A DNA stretch of 62,274 nucleotides from an uncultured bacterium (GTDB lineage: Bacteria > Deinococcota > Deinococci > Deinococcales > Deinococcaceae), in the NCBI GenBank assembly GCA_964430425.1, contig CAYSFX010000001.1, forward strand, positions 30,419 through 92,692, given 5' to 3'. The position numbers and the translations under genes were made by a program. Below are positions 1-12,110 of the stretch, one piece after another. The stretch's first letter is position 1, and each line of letters begins with the position of its first letter. The notes beneath the pieces were generated by a model. That model worked only from the letters and a program-made list of their open reading frames with translations, was not told where the DNA came from and made no database searches.

Positions 1-76
1 CGACCGAACGGCGCCCGCTGAACCGGGTCTAAAGGGATTCCCGGCCGCCACTCCAATTCCCTACAGATCACCGGGG

Positions 77-82
77 TATACT
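77..82 (+). promoter_or_regulatory. -10 box (TATACT) of a leaderless transcript for the Rrf2 gene
   Basis: TATACT lies 6 nt before ATG 89 with no Shine-Dalgarno; the same geometry recurs at many genes in the window. Confidence 0.7.
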
Positions 83-88
83 GCCCGT

Positions 89-571
89 ATGTGGATTTCG
101 ACCAAAGCTCAGTACGGCCTGCGTGCACTGGTAGACATCGCCCGGCAGTCCGAGGAGGTCGTGCCGCTCAAGGACGTGTCAGCCCGTCAGGGCATCTCGC
201 AGGCCTACCTGGAGCAGATCGCCAGCAACCTGCGGCGCAGCGGCTTCATCAAGAGCGTGCGCGGAGCGAGCGGCGGCTACAAGCTGGCGCGTGTCCCCGA
301 GCAGATCAACGCCTACGACGTGGTGGTGGCGCTCGAGGGCAGCATCGCACCGGTTGACTGCGTGGAGCATGACCACAGCTGCGACCGCAGCGGCCTGTGC
401 AGCACCGAGGGGCTGTGGCGGCGCGTGGACAGCGCCCTGCGGCAGGTGTTGGGCGCCTCGACGCTGGCCGACCTGATCCGCGAGGAAGAGGCGCTGCACG
501 GCCCGCAGCTCGTGCAGCTCGAGGACCTGCCGCCGCTGGGCCAGACGAACGCGCTCGGCGTGCGGCTGTAA
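89..571 (+). CDS. Rrf2 family transcriptional regulator (IscR/CymR-like)
   Basis: MWISTKAQYGLRAL start, YLEQI and SVRGASGGY motifs, three Cys (CVEHDHSCDRSGLC). Confidence 0.92.
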   Translation: MWISTKAQYGLRALVDIARQSEEVVPLKDVSARQGISQAYLEQIASNLRRSGFIKSVRGASGGYKLARVPEQINAYDVVVALEGSIAPVDCVEHDHSCDRSGLCSTEGLWRRVDSALRQVLGASTLADLIREEEALHGPQLVQLEDLPPLGQTNALGVRL

Positions 572-593
572 CCGACTCGGGTCAGCTCAGGAA

Positions 594-632
594 GCAGAAG
601 CAGCCGCGCCGATCCTGGCGCGGCTGCTTTGC
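594..632 (+). terminator. Intrinsic terminator-like hairpin after the Rrf2 gene
   Basis: Inverted repeat aagcagccgcgcc / ggcgcggctgctt followed by T-rich sequence. Confidence 0.6.
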
Positions 633-842
633 TGTTCTCCGGAGGTGGAAAGCGACATCCGGGCAGATGAATCTGGGTGACCGTCTCCGTCAAACAACCG
701 CTCCAGGGCAGTCGCCAGAAAAATGCCATATGTCTTCACGACTGATCGGCGTGAGAAAATGACGTGCCAGAGCCGTTGGGCGCCGTATGACCGGGGCGAT
801 TTTCCACAGTCGCCGAACCGACAAATGCTCTAGACTGCCGCC

Positions 843-1808
843 ATGAAGTTTCGCCCTCTCTCCGCGCTGATGCTCGGCCTCTCCTCTCTCGCCAGCGTCG
901 CCTTCGCCGAGGTGGGCCGCCCGCTGAGCAGCACCCTCCAGGCGCCCGGCCTCGCGGGATTCAAGCTGGCAGGCAGCGTCCTGACGGCGCCCAGCGGCAC
1001 GACCGTCGCTCTGACCACGCGCGGCAAGGCGCCTGGCACCGTGTACCTGGAGAGCGCCGCCGCGACCCTGCCCAGCACCGACGCGGCGCAGGCCGGCGTG
1101 CTGCTGAACGCCCTGACCGGACAGGACCTCGCCGCGCCGCTCTCCGACTTCCTGAAGCGGCCCGAGGTGCAGGCCAAGCTGGGCGAGGGCCTGCACGTGC
1201 AGGCCGATCCGTTCGACATCGGCCTGAAGACGGCGGGCAAGGGCCTGAGCCTCACGGTGAACCTCCAGACGCTGAGCGGCTTCGGCCCGGTGCCGAGCAG
1301 CCGCGTGCTGGGCGACCCGGCGGCCCCCTACGCCATCCGGATGTACTCGGATTTCCAGTGCCCGTACTGCCAGCAGGCCGAGCTTCAGGCCATTCCGACG
1401 GTGCTGAAGAACCTGCCGAAGGACGTGAGGTTCGAGTTCCACCAGTTTCCGCTCGAGAGCCTGCACCCCAACGCCCGCGCCGCCGCCGAGGCCAGCGTCT
1501 GCGCCGAGAAACAGGGCAAGTTCTTTCCCTTCAAGGACGCGCTGTTCCGTCGCAACGACTGGCAGAAGTCGGCCAACCCCAGCGCCGCCTTTCAGGAGGT
1601 GGCCCAGGGCGCCGGCGTGAACGTCGCCGCCTACCGCAGCTGTATCGCCGACCGGACGGGCAAGGCCGAGGTCGACGCCGGGCTGGCCGAGGCAAACCGC
1701 TTGGGCCTGAACAGCACCCCCAGCGTGTACATCGGCAACTACCGCGTGGCCGACCCCTACGATCCGGCCAGCTATCAGGCGCTGCTCGACTTCGTGCGCG
1801 CCAAGTAA
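843..1808 (+). CDS. Exported DsbA/thioredoxin-family protein
   Basis: Signal peptide; YSDFQCPYC active site; [10 protein letters not shown] and STPS cis-Pro motifs; leaderless -10 TAGACT at 831-836. Confidence 0.88.
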   Translation: MKFRPLSALMLGLSSLASVAFAEVGRPLSSTLQAPGLAGFKLAGSVLTAPSGTTVALTTRGKAPGTVYLESAAATLPSTDAAQAGVLLNALTGQDLAAPLSDFLKRPEVQAKLGEGLHVQADPFDIGLKTAGKGLSLTVNLQTLSGFGPVPSSRVLGDPAAPYAIRMYSDFQCPYCQQAELQAIPTVLKNLPKDVRFEFHQFPLESLHPNARAAAEASVCAEKQGKFFPFKDALFRRNDWQKSANPSAAFQEVAQGAGVNVAAYRSCIADRTGKAEVDAGLAEANRLGLNSTPSVYIGNYRVADPYDPASYQALLDFVRAK

Positions 1809-1842
1809 CGCTTCTCACTCCCCACAAAGCAGGTATCTATTC

Positions 1843-3405
1843 ATGGAAGGCTTGATGCTGGCCCAGACCATCCGGGAGGTGCAGGCGCTCCTGCCCGCAC
1901 GTACCCTCGGCTGGGCCTTTCCCGACGAGACCACCGCCGCCCTGCTGCTCGAAGGCGCAGGCAACCTGGTGTTCAATTACAGACCGCCGCAGCCGGTGAT
2001 CTACCTCAGCCGTGAGCGCATTCGCGGCGAACCTCACAACCCGTTTCAGCGCCTCTTGGTGGCCCGCGTGCGCGGCGACCTGGTGGCGGCCTCGCAGCTG
2101 AAGCTCGACCGCGTGGCGCAGTTCTCGCTCTCCGGCGAGCGCGGCTTCGTGGACGTGGCCCCGGCCCGGCTGCTGTTCGAGCTGACCGGGCGCAACGGCA
2201 ACCTGCTGGTGCTCGAAGGGCTGCCGGAAGACGCGCCGCCCAGCTGGGAAGGCCGGATCGTGGCGGCGGGCCGAGAGATCACCAATCTGCGCAACCGCTT
2301 CCGCACGGTGCGCAGCGGCGGCCAGTACACGCCGCCGCCGCCCTACGACAAGCTCGACCCGCGCACCATGAGCGCGCAGGACGCCGAAGCGCTGCAGCAC
2401 CTGCCGCTGGGAAAATGGCGCGAGCGTATCGACGGCCTGGGCCTGATGCTGGGCGCGGAACTCGTGGCACGGGCCGGTCTGCCCTCGGCGGCGGCTCCGG
2501 AAGCGCAGTGGCCGAAAGCCTGGGCCGCCCTGACCTCGCTGGTGGCCGACCCCTCGGTGCAGGAAGGCACGCTGCACGAGGGCGCGCGCGAGGCCAGCCG
2601 ACAGGAGAAGGCCGCCCAGCTGCGCAAGACCCTGCGTGAGCCGCTCGAGAAGCGCCTGTCGCTGCTGAAAAACCAGATCGCCGACGTGGACCGGGCGGTC
2701 GAGGGCATCGAGACGGCGGCCCAGGAGCGCCAGGAGGCCGACCTGCTGATGGCCTACCAGCACGGCGTCGAGGTGGGGGCCGGCAGCGTGCTGCTGCCCG
2801 CCTTCGACGGCTCGGGCGAGGTGCCCGTCTCGCTGGAACCGCAACTGAGCGCGGTGCAGAACGCCGAGAAGCGGTACACCCGGGCCCGTCGGCGGGAAGA
2901 AGTGTACGAGCGGCTGGCCGAGCGTGAGCCGGTGCTGCGGGCCGAACTGGCCGAGGTGCAGCAGGACCGGGCCGCCCTGGAGGACGCCGAACTCGAACGG
3001 CTCGAGCAGCTCGCCAAGGGCCTGGAGACCGGGCGCACCGACCGCAGTCCGTTCGGCGCCAAATACACCTCGCCGGGCGGCTTCGAGGTGCTGGTGGGCC
3101 GCAACAACAAGGAGAACACCGCGCTGACGCACCGCATCGGGCGCAGCACCGACTTCTGGTTTCATGTGCAGGGCTTTCCAGGGTCGCACGTGCTGGTACG
3201 CAGCGGCGGCAAGGACCTGCAGCTGCCCGACATCCTGTTTGCCGCGCAGCTGGCCGCCTACCACAGCAAGGCGCGGCAGTCGGGCAACGTGGCGGTCGAT
3301 TACACCCGCATCAAGCAGGTCTGGCGGCCCAAAGGCGAGTCGGGCGGCAAGGTGAACTACACCGGGCAGAAGACGGTGTACGTGGACCCGGAACTGCCCG
3401 CGTAA
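1843..3405 (+). CDS. rqcH: Ribosome quality control protein RqcH/Rqc2 (NFACT, FbpA family)
   Basis: NFACT-N motifs LDRV and ELTGRNGN, coiled coil, NFACT-R motifs [26 protein letters not shown] and VDYT. Confidence 0.88.
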   Translation: MEGLMLAQTIREVQALLPARTLGWAFPDETTAALLLEGAGNLVFNYRPPQPVIYLSRERIRGEPHNPFQRLLVARVRGDLVAASQLKLDRVAQFSLSGERGFVDVAPARLLFELTGRNGNLLVLEGLPEDAPPSWEGRIVAAGREITNLRNRFRTVRSGGQYTPPPPYDKLDPRTMSAQDAEALQHLPLGKWRERIDGLGLMLGAELVARAGLPSAAAPEAQWPKAWAALTSLVADPSVQEGTLHEGAREASRQEKAAQLRKTLREPLEKRLSLLKNQIADVDRAVEGIETAAQERQEADLLMAYQHGVEVGAGSVLLPAFDGSGEVPVSLEPQLSAVQNAEKRYTRARRREEVYERLAEREPVLRAELAEVQQDRAALEDAELERLEQLAKGLETGRTDRSPFGAKYTSPGGFEVLVGRNNKENTALTHRIGRSTDFWFHVQGFPGSHVLVRSGGKDLQLPDILFAAQLAAYHSKARQSGNVAVDYTRIKQVWRPKGESGGKVNYTGQKTVYVDPELPA

Positions 3406-3492
3406 CCCCGCCCCTTACAGCCCGACGCCCGCTGCACGCCCTCGGCCATCTGGCCGATGCGGAGGTGCAGCCGCTCGTGCTCTGATGGCCGG

Positions 3493-4035
3493 ATGCCTGA
3501 GCCTTCTCACCGAATCGTCGTGACCGGGACCACCGGCAGCGGTAAGACCACCCTGGCGCGCGCCGTCGCCGCCCGGCTGGAGGTGCCGCACGCCGAACAG
3601 GACGCCTGGAACCACCTGCCCGGCTGGCAGGAGGCGCCGCTCGAACAGTTCCGGGCCGAGGTGGAGCGCTTCACCGCCCAGCCCGCCTGGGTGCTGGACG
3701 GCAACTACACCAAGGCCAACGACATCGGCTGGGCGCGGGCCGACACCCTGATCTGGCTCGACTATCCGGCGGGGCTGGTGTTCTGGCGGCTGCTCACGCG
3801 CACCCTGCGGCGCGGCCTGACCGGGCAGGAACTCTGGAACGGCAACCGTGAACACCTGGGGCTGAACCTGATCTCGCGCGGCGGCATCCTGGCGTGGTTC
3901 TTCCGCACGCACTGGAAACGGCGGCGCACGGTCCCGCTGCAGCTCGCCGCCTACCCGCACCTGCGCGTGCTGCGCTTCCGGCATCCGCGCGAGGCTCAGC
4001 ACTGGCTGAAGACGCTGCCCGCCCGGATGCTCTAG
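3493..4035 (+). CDS. P-loop adenylate kinase-like / FlaR-like protein
   Basis: GTTGSGKTT Walker A, WVLDGNY, ADTLIWLD; start moved to the internal ATG (MPEPSHRIVV). Confidence 0.8.
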   Translation: MPEPSHRIVVTGTTGSGKTTLARAVAARLEVPHAEQDAWNHLPGWQEAPLEQFRAEVERFTAQPAWVLDGNYTKANDIGWARADTLIWLDYPAGLVFWRLLTRTLRRGLTGQELWNGNREHLGLNLISRGGILAWFFRTHWKRRRTVPLQLAAYPHLRVLRFRHPREAQHWLKTLPARML

Positions 4036-4044
4036 CCTGCCCGC

Positions 4045-4656
4045 ATGACTTTTCCTCCTGTCCGCGCCCTCTTCTGGGACATCGGCGGCGTGCTGCTCTC
4101 GAACGGCTGGGACCGAGACGAACGCCGGGAAGTGGTGAAGGGCTTCGGCCTCGACGCCGACGATTTTCAGGAGCGTCACAAGCTGATCGTGCCCGAGCTG
4201 GAGATCGGCCGGGTGAGCTTGGACGACTACCTCACCCAGACGGTGTTCATGGCGCCGCGCAGCTTCACGAGGGAAGCGTTCGTGGCCGCGATGGAGGCGC
4301 AGAGTGTGCCCGACGAGGCGGCGCTGCAGCTGCTGCGCTCGCTGGCGGGCAAGCACCGCATGTACGCGCTGAACAACGAGTCGCGCGAGCTGAACGCCTT
4401 TCGCCGCCAGAAGTTCGACCTGGGCGGGCCGCTGCTGGCCTTCTTCAGCTCGTGTTACCTGGGCCTCGCCAAGCCCAACCCGGCCATCTACCGGCTGGCG
4501 CTGGAACTGGCGAACGTGCCGCCCGCTGCGGCGCTGATGATCGACGACCGCCTGCAGAACGTCGAGGCGGCCAGGAGCGTGGGCATGCAGGCCATTCAGT
4601 TCGTGAACGCCGGGCAGCTCCGGACCGAGCTGGAAGCGTTGGGCGTCACGCCCTGA
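4045..4656 (+). CDS. HAD superfamily phosphatase
   Basis: WDIGGVL motif I, KPNPAIY, IDDRLQNVEAA; leaderless -10 TAGCCT at 4033-4038. Confidence 0.88.
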   Translation: MTFPPVRALFWDIGGVLLSNGWDRDERREVVKGFGLDADDFQERHKLIVPELEIGRVSLDDYLTQTVFMAPRSFTREAFVAAMEAQSVPDEAALQLLRSLAGKHRMYALNNESRELNAFRRQKFDLGGPLLAFFSSCYLGLAKPNPAIYRLALELANVPPAAALMIDDRLQNVEAARSVGMQAIQFVNAGQLRTELEALGVTP

Positions 4657-4681
4657 CGGAAGCGAAACAGACTTGGTGTAG

Positions 4682-5797
<1,116 letters not shown>

Positions 5798-5813
5798 GGC
5801 CGTGACCACCCGG

Positions 5814-5853
5814 CTGTGAGCTGCGGGCTGACCCCTGTGGCTCACAGCTTTTT
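5814..5853 (+). terminator. Hairpin plus T tract between gap and pgk (partial terminator or stabiliser)
   Basis: ctgtgagctgcggg...cctgtggctcacag followed by ctttttc. Confidence 0.55.
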
Positions 5854-5905
5854 CTTGCTCACGTCTCACTCCCGCTCCCCAGACCCAGCTTCACCGGAGA
5901 CACCC

Positions 5906-7072
5906 ATGCAGACCCTCGATCATCTCGACGTCCAGAACAAGCGCGTGCTGGTGCGCGTCGATTACAACGTGCCGATCAAAGACGGCGTGATTCAGGACGA
6001 CACCCGCGTCACCGCCAGCCTGCCGACCATCCAGAAGCTGCTCTCGGGCGGCGCCTCGGTGGTCCTGATGAGCCACCTGGGCCGCCCGAAAGGTGGACCG
6101 GACCCCAAGTACAGCCTGTCTCCGGTGGCCGCGCGGCTCTCGGAGCTGCTCGGGAAGCCGGTGCAGTTCATCGGCGGCACGCCCGGCAGCGACGAGACGC
6201 TTCAGCAGGTGCAGGCCCTGAAGCCCGGTGAGGTGGCGCTGCTGGAGAACGTGCGCTTCGAGGCGGGCGAGGAGAAGAACGACGCCGGCCTGAACGAGAA
6301 ACTCGCCCAGCTGGGCGACGCCTTCGTGCTCGACGCCTTCGGCAGCGCCCACCGGGCGCACTCCAGCGTGAGCGGCGTGGCGGGCCTGCTGCCGCACGCG
6401 GGCGGCCTGCTGCTGGAGGCCGAAGTCACGGCGCTCGGCAAGCTGCTGGACGGCGCCGAGCGGCCCTACGTGGTGATCATCGGCGGGGCCAAAGTGTCCG
6501 ACAAGCTGAAGGTCATCGAGAACCTGCTGCCCACCGTCGACCGCATGCTGATCGGCGGCGGTATGGCGTACACCTTCGTCAAGGCGCAGGGCGGCAAGAT
6601 CGGCAAGAGCATCCACGAGGACGACTTCCTGGACAAGGCGAACGAACTGCTCGCCCAGTACCCCGGCAAGATCGTGCTGCCCACCGACACGCTGGTCGGA
6701 GACGCCTTCAGCGCCGACGCCAACACCCGCGTGGTGCCCACCAACGACATCCCCGACGACTGGGAGGGCATGGACATCGGCCCGGACAGCCAGAAGGCCT
6801 TCACGGCGGCCCTGGAAGGCGCCAAGACGGTGTTCTGGAACGGCCCGATGGGCGTGTTCGAGTTCGAGAAGTTCGCGGGCGGCACCAACGCGGTCGCCAA
6901 GGCGGTGGCCGACCTTCAGGGCGCCTACACCGTGATCGGCGGCGGCGACTCGGTGAGCGCCATCAACAAGAGCGGTCAGGCCGAGAAGGTGAGCCACATC
7001 TCGACCGGCGGCGGCGCCAGCCTGGAACTGCTGGAAGGCAAGAAGCTGCCCGGCGTCGAGGCGATGGCCTGA
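5906..7072 (+). CDS. pgk: Phosphoglycerate kinase
   Basis: [41 protein letters not shown]. Confidence 0.98.
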   Translation: MQTLDHLDVQNKRVLVRVDYNVPIKDGVIQDDTRVTASLPTIQKLLSGGASVVLMSHLGRPKGGPDPKYSLSPVAARLSELLGKPVQFIGGTPGSDETLQQVQALKPGEVALLENVRFEAGEEKNDAGLNEKLAQLGDAFVLDAFGSAHRAHSSVSGVAGLLPHAGGLLLEAEVTALGKLLDGAERPYVVIIGGAKVSDKLKVIENLLPTVDRMLIGGGMAYTFVKAQGGKIGKSIHEDDFLDKANELLAQYPGKIVLPTDTLVGDAFSADANTRVVPTNDIPDDWEGMDIGPDSQKAFTAALEGAKTVFWNGPMGVFEFEKFAGGTNAVAKAVADLQGAYTVIGGGDSVSAINKSGQAEKVSHISTGGGASLELLEGKKLPGVEAMA

Positions 7073-7074
7073 CC

Positions 7075-7812
7075 ATGGTCACCTGCCTGCTGAAGTACGA
7101 ACTGAAAGCAGGTCAGGAAGCGGCTTTCGAAACGTATGGCCGCCACTGGATCACGCTGGTCAACCGCTTCGGCGGGCAACACCTGGGCTACTTCCTGCCC
7201 TCGGAAGGGGCGAGCGACGCGGCCTACGCGCTGTTCACCTTTCCGAGCCTCGCGGCCTACGAGACCTACCGCCAGCAGTCGGCCGAGGACGAGACGTGTC
7301 AGGCGCTGTTCCAGGAACTGCCGAACCTCGTGCAGCGCTACGACCGCACCTTCCTGCGCCCGGTGCTGGAGGGCACCCCTGTGGCCTCCCGGCCCGCACC
7401 CGGCCTCGTGCCCGAGCTGTCGGTCAGCGAGTTGGCGGTCAGCCTTCACTTCTGGATGGAGCTGCTCGGGTTCGGCGTCGAGTACCAGCGGCCGGAGGAA
7501 GGCTTCGCGGCGCTCGTGCTGGGCAGCGCCCGCGTGATGCTCGACCAGATCGGCCTGACGCGCACGTGGAAGACGGCCGACCTGGAAGCCCCCCTGGGGC
7601 GCGGCGTCAACTTCGAGGTCAGCGTGCCGCAGCTCGCGCCGCTTCTCGACCGGTTGAGCCGCGCCTCCTGGCCGCTGTTCCTGGCCCCGGAAGAGAAGTG
7701 GTACCGAGCGGGCGACCGGGAAGTCGGCGTCCACCAGTTTCTGGTGCAGGACCCCGACGGCTACCTCGTCCGGTGTTCGCAGGCTCTGGGCACCCGCCCA
7801 GTCAGCCCCTGA
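7075..7812 (+). CDS. NIPSNAP domain fused to a VOC/glyoxalase (bleomycin-resistance-like) domain
   Basis: N-half [30 protein letters not shown]-half LVPELSVS...GRGVNFEV...[13 protein letters not shown]. Confidence 0.78.
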   Translation: MVTCLLKYELKAGQEAAFETYGRHWITLVNRFGGQHLGYFLPSEGASDAAYALFTFPSLAAYETYRQQSAEDETCQALFQELPNLVQRYDRTFLRPVLEGTPVASRPAPGLVPELSVSELAVSLHFWMELLGFGVEYQRPEEGFAALVLGSARVMLDQIGLTRTWKTADLEAPLGRGVNFEVSVPQLAPLLDRLSRASWPLFLAPEEKWYRAGDREVGVHQFLVQDPDGYLVRCSQALGTRPVSP

Positions 7813-7874
7813 ACGCTGCCGACCGTTCCGGAAGTCCGCACCTTCGATTTCACGCCCTCAAAGGAGAAGTCCCC

Positions 7875-8630
7875 ATGCCCAAACCACAGACCCTGCTCGC
7901 CCTGAACTGGAAGATGAACAAGACCCCCACCGAGGCCGCCGCCTGGGCCACCGAGCTGAAGGGCAAGCTGCCCACCAGCGCCGCCACGCTGGCGATCATG
8001 GCCCCGGCCATCGACCTGCCCGCCTTGCAGACCGCGCTGGCCGGCAGCCCGGTGCAGTACGGCGCGCAGGACATCTCGGCCAATCCGTCCGGCGCCTACA
8101 CCGGCGAGATCTCGGCCGCCATGCTGCTCGACGTGGGCGCGAAGTACGCGGTGGTCGGTCACAGCGAGCGCCGCGAGTACCACGCCGAGACGAGTCAGGT
8201 GGTGGCGAGCAAGGCGCAGGCGGCGAAAGAGGCCGGCCTGATTCCGATCATCTGCGTGGGCGAGGGCCTGGAGGTGCGTGAGCGCGGCGAGCACGTGGCG
8301 TACACGCTCGACCAGCTGCGCGAGTCGCTGGCCGGCATCACCATCGCCAGCGCCGACCAGATCGTGATCGCCTACGAGCCGGTCTGGGCCATCGGCACCG
8401 GCAAGACCGCCACCGCCGCCGACGCCGAGGAACTCTGCGCGGCCATCCGGGGGGCGCTGTCCGGCCTGCTGGGCGAGGTCGGTGCGGGCGTTCAGGTGCT
8501 CTACGGCGGCAGCGTCAAGGGCGGCAACATCGCGGAGATCTGTGGGCAGCCGAACGTCAACGGCGCGCTGGTCGGCGGCGCGGCCCTGGAAGTGGGCAGC
8601 GTGCTGGAGATGGTGAACGCGCTGAAGTAA
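7875..8630 (+). CDS. tpiA: Triosephosphate isomerase
   Basis: [37 protein letters not shown]. Confidence 0.97.
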   Translation: MPKPQTLLALNWKMNKTPTEAAAWATELKGKLPTSAATLAIMAPAIDLPALQTALAGSPVQYGAQDISANPSGAYTGEISAAMLLDVGAKYAVVGHSERREYHAETSQVVASKAQAAKEAGLIPIICVGEGLEVRERGEHVAYTLDQLRESLAGITIASADQIVIAYEPVWAIGTGKTATAADAEELCAAIRGALSGLLGEVGAGVQVLYGGSVKGGNIAEICGQPNVNGALVGGAALEVGSVLEMVNALK

Positions 8631-8708
8631 GGCGGCAGTCGAAAGGGGCCAGGGAACCGAGATCAGACTCGGCCTCCTGGCCCCTTCCACTTTCCTCTCC
8701 CCCGATTT

Positions 8709-9923
8709 TCAGAACACCTGAATGAAAATGGCCTTCAGGTACTCGGCCTCGGCGAAGGTGGCGTGGTGGTCGGGCGCGTGGGCCGAGGTTTCCAGCTCCA
8801 CGCTGCCGCGCCCGCTGCGCTCGACGGCTCCGCGCACCGCCGCGAAGAATTCCCGCTCGCTGACATGCGCCGAACACGACGCCGACACCAGGATGCCGCC
8901 CCGGCTCAGCAGCTTCAGCGCGTCCTCGGCCAGCGTGGCATAGGCCGAGATGGCGGCGGCACGCTCGCTCTCGCGGCGGGCCAGCGAGGGCGGGTCGAGC
9001 ACGATCAGGCCGAAGGGTTCCAGGTCCTCGCGCAGGTACTCGAACACGTCGGCCTGCACCGTCTGGTGGCCGACCTTCACCAGTTCGGGATTCAGCGCGA
9101 AGTTGCGTTTGGCCCCGGCCAGGGCGTGCTGGCTGAGGTCGAGACTGACGACCGAGGTGGCCCCGCCGCGCGCCCCGTACAGCGAGAACCCGCCGGTGAA
9201 CGAGAAGGCGTTGAGCACCCGCCGCCCCTGCGAGAGCGCCTCGACCCGGCGGCGGTTCTCGCGCTGATCGAGAAAGAAGCCGGTCTTCTGGCCGCGCACC
9301 ACGTCGGCCTCGAACTTCAGCCCCGACTCGCTGAACACCACCGTCTCGCCTTCCAGCTCACCCTGAATCACCTGACCGTCGTGCAGTCCGAGGGCCTTGG
9401 CCGCGTCCTGAATGTTGCGGCTCAGGCGCAGCACCACCGCGTAGCCGGGGAAGCGGTCAGCGAGCAGTTCCAGCACCATTTCCAGGTGAGGAAACCAGGC
9501 GGCCGTGTACAGCTTGAGCACCAGGGTGCTGGCGTAGCGGTCGAGGACCAGCCCCGGCCAGCGGTCGCTCTCGCCGTTGATCAGCCGGTAGCCGTCGGTG
9601 GCCTCGTCGAACAGCCCGTCCCGCAGCGCCAGCGCCGAGTCGAGGTGCGCGGCCCACCACGCCCGGTCGACCGTGACCGGCGCGCCCACGTGCAGTGCCC
9701 GCAGGCGCAGCGGCGAACCGGGGTCGTACAGCCCGATGGCCAGGAAGCGGTCCTGGCGGTCGAGCACCACGGCCAGCTCTCCGGCCTGCCCCTCGCGGTT
9801 CTGAGACTTGACGCTGCTCTCGTACAGCCAGGGATGCCCGGCCCGCAGGTGCTGCTGGGCCGCCGGGGTCACCTTGAGGCGCAGTCGCGGGAGGGTCTGG
9901 GGCTGGGGGGAAGCAGTGGTCAT
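8709..9923 (-). CDS. PUA-domain 23S rRNA m5C methyltransferase (RlmI-like)
   Basis: [40 protein letters not shown]. Confidence 0.88.
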   Translation of the reverse strand: MTTASPQPQTLPRLRLKVTPAAQQHLRAGHPWLYESSVKSQNREGQAGELAVVLDRQDRFLAIGLYDPGSPLRLRALHVGAPVTVDRAWWAAHLDSALALRDGLFDEATDGYRLINGESDRWPGLVLDRYASTLVLKLYTAAWFPHLEMVLELLADRFPGYAVVLRLSRNIQDAAKALGLHDGQVIQGELEGETVVFSESGLKFEADVVRGQKTGFFLDQRENRRRVEALSQGRRVLNAFSFTGGFSLYGARGGATSVVSLDLSQHALAGAKRNFALNPELVKVGHQTVQADVFEYLREDLEPFGLIVLDPPSLARRESERAAAISAYATLAEDALKLLSRGGILVSASCSAHVSEREFFAAVRGAVERSGRGSVELETSAHAPDHHATFAEAEYLKAIFIQVF

Positions 9924-9974
9924 AGCAGAGAAGTCTACGCCGTCCGGGGGGCCGCTGTCATGCGGCGCGGCGCG

Positions 9975-10739
9975 TCACCTCCTGTTGCCGATCACCGTCT
10001 TCAGCACGCCCACGCCCTGCACCTCGACCTCGACGGTGTCGCCGGGCTGCATCGGCCCCACGCCTTCCGGGGTACCGGTCAGCACCACGTCGCCCACCTC
10101 CAGCGTCACGTAGCGCGACACGTACACCAGCACGTCGATCACCGGGAAGATCATGTTGGCGGTGCGGCTGTCCTGCACCACCTGACCGTTCAGCCGGGTC
10201 TGGATGCCCAGGTCGGCGGGGTCGAGCCCCGGCACCAGCCACGGCCCCAGCGGGCAGAAGTGGTCGGCCGCCTTGGCCCGGAACCACTGCAGGTCGGGTT
10301 TCTGCTTGTCGCGGGCGGTCAGGTCGTTGGCGCAGGTGTAGCCCGCGACGTGCGAGAGGGCGTTCTCGGGTGTCAGGTCGCTGGCCCGCTTGCCGATCAC
10401 CAGCGCCAGTTCGCCCTCGTAGTGAAAGTTCTCGGTCCAGGCCGGGTAGGCGACTTCCGTGCCCGGGTCTTCCAGCGCGTTCGGCCCCTTGAGAAAGATG
10501 CCCGGCTCGGTGGGCAGGCCCGCCGTGTCGTTGCCCAGTTCCTTGATGTGGTCGAGGTAGTTGCGCCCCACACACACGATCTTGCTCGGCTCAGCCGGAG
10601 CGAGCAGCGTCATGGATGAGAGCGCCACGCTCTCCCCCGTCTTGTCGCCGCCCATGCCCGACGTGAGCTGCACGGTGTCGTCGCCCTCCAGTTGTCCCCA
10701 TACGACTCTCTCTCCGATCCGGCCTCTGACCATTCGCAT
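9975..10739 (-). CDS. Fumarylacetoacetate hydrolase family protein
   Basis: [36 protein letters not shown]. Confidence 0.93.
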   Translation of the reverse strand: MRMVRGRIGERVVWGQLEGDDTVQLTSGMGGDKTGESVALSSMTLLAPAEPSKIVCVGRNYLDHIKELGNDTAGLPTEPGIFLKGPNALEDPGTEVAYPAWTENFHYEGELALVIGKRASDLTPENALSHVAGYTCANDLTARDKQKPDLQWFRAKAADHFCPLGPWLVPGLDPADLGIQTRLNGQVVQDSRTANMIFPVIDVLVYVSRYVTLEVGDVVLTGTPEGVGPMQPGDTVEVEVQGVGVLKTVIGNRR

Positions 10740-10773
10740 GAAGGCAGTTTAGCGGCTCAGCTCTCCGGGCAGC

Positions 10774-11061
10774 TCACTCGTCGGCGTCTTCCCAGTCACT
10801 GCGCCGCCGGGCCTTCTTGCTCTTCTTGCGCAGCGGGCGCGGCGGCAGCGCCAGGATGTACGCGCCGAGCCCGCACGGGGCCTGCACCTCACCCAGGCGC
10901 TCACCGGGATCGTCGCGCTCGGTGCCGGCCGGATGGTAGTGCCGCGCGCCGCAGTAGGGGCACTCGCCCACCGCCCAGAACAGCACTTTCGTTCCGGGCA
11001 TGTTGAGGAGCGAGACGTAGGTTTCCGGCGTAGGGGCGGGCAGGCGGTTCTTCTTGGCCAC
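10774..11061 (-). CDS. Small hypothetical protein with a Cys/His cluster (possible Zn binding)
   Basis: GTG start 5 nt after -10 TAGCCT; CPYCGARHYH...APC; basic then acidic C-terminus. Confidence 0.65.
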   Translation of the reverse strand: MAKKNRLPAPTPETYVSLLNMPGTKVLFWAVGECPYCGARHYHPAGTERDDPGERLGEVQAPCGLGAYILALPPRPLRKKSKKARRRSDWEDADE

Positions 11062-11146
11062 GCCCCAGGCTAGTGCCGGGCCGCGCGGCAGACCGTGAGC
11101 TGTGACGCCGCCCAGGAACCCGGCCTCACCGAACGTCGGCCCCCGA

Positions 11147-12085
11147 TTATTCAGCCCAGGCCCGCACCACCTTCAGGGCCTTGCCGTCGCCGTCCGCCAC
11201 CGCCACGAGCACGCCGTCCAGCGTGACCAGGAACCGGCCCGTCTGCGCCCACTGGGGCCGCTTGCCCTGGCGCAGTTCCAGTGCCAGGGCGGGCGTAGCC
11301 TCGATCTGCGGCAGATCGAGCGCGCCGAGGTCGTCCAGCCCGGCGGCCCCTTCCAGCGCCTCCAAGTCCAGCGCCCTTTCGAGGCCGAACTGACCCGCGC
11401 GGGTGCGCACCAGGCCCGACAGGTGGGCCGCCGTGCCCAGCGCCGCCCCGATGTCGCGGGCCAGAGACCGGATGTAGGTACCGCTGCCCACCCGCGCCCA
11501 GACGAGCAGGGTGGGAAATTCACCCAGCGGCTCCGGCAGACCGAACGTGCGGCCCGTGTCGGCCACCTGCCAGCGGCCGTCGCCGCCCAGGGCGAAGGTG
11601 CGCGGGGCCTCCTGCACGCTGCCGTACAGGCCCAGCAGCGTCAGCTCGTGCAGCGTGACCGGCCGGGCCGGCAGCTCGGTGTGGCCTCCGGCGCGGGCGG
11701 CGGCGTAGGCCCGCTGACCATTCACCTGAATGGCGCTGTACTGCGGCGGTACCTGCATCTGGGGCCCCTGCATGGCGCTCAGGAGGGCCTGCACCCGAGC
11801 GGCCTCCAGAGGCGGCACCTCGGCCAGGTTCTCGATCGGCCCTTCGGCGTCGAGCGTCGGTGTGCCCGCCCCCAGGCTGATGTACGCCAGATAATCCTTG
11901 CTGTCCTGCTCCATGAACTGCACCAGCTTGGTGCTGCCCTCCACGCACAGCACCAGCACCCCGGTGGCGAGCGGATCGAGGGTGCCGGTGTGACCCACGC
12001 GTTTGGTGTGCAGAAGGCGGCGGGCGCGGGCCACCACGTCGTGCGAGGTGAGGTGCAGCGGCTTGTCGGTGACGTACACGGGCAT
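11147..12085 (-). CDS. truB: tRNA pseudouridine(55) synthase
   Basis: GHTGTLDPLATGVL, QVPPQYSAI, GTYIRSLARD. Confidence 0.96.
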   Translation of the reverse strand: MPVYVTDKPLHLTSHDVVARARRLLHTKRVGHTGTLDPLATGVLVLCVEGSTKLVQFMEQDSKDYLAYISLGAGTPTLDAEGPIENLAEVPPLEAARVQALLSAMQGPQMQVPPQYSAIQVNGQRAYAAARAGGHTELPARPVTLHELTLLGLYGSVQEAPRTFALGGDGRWQVADTGRTFGLPEPLGEFPTLLVWARVGSGTYIRSLARDIGAALGTAAHLSGLVRTRAGQFGLERALDLEALEGAAGLDDLGALDLPQIEATPALALELRQGKRPQWAQTGRFLVTLDGVLVAVADGDGKALKVVRAWAE

Positions 12086-12110
12086 GGAGCACAGGATAGC
12101 GGGCCGGTCG

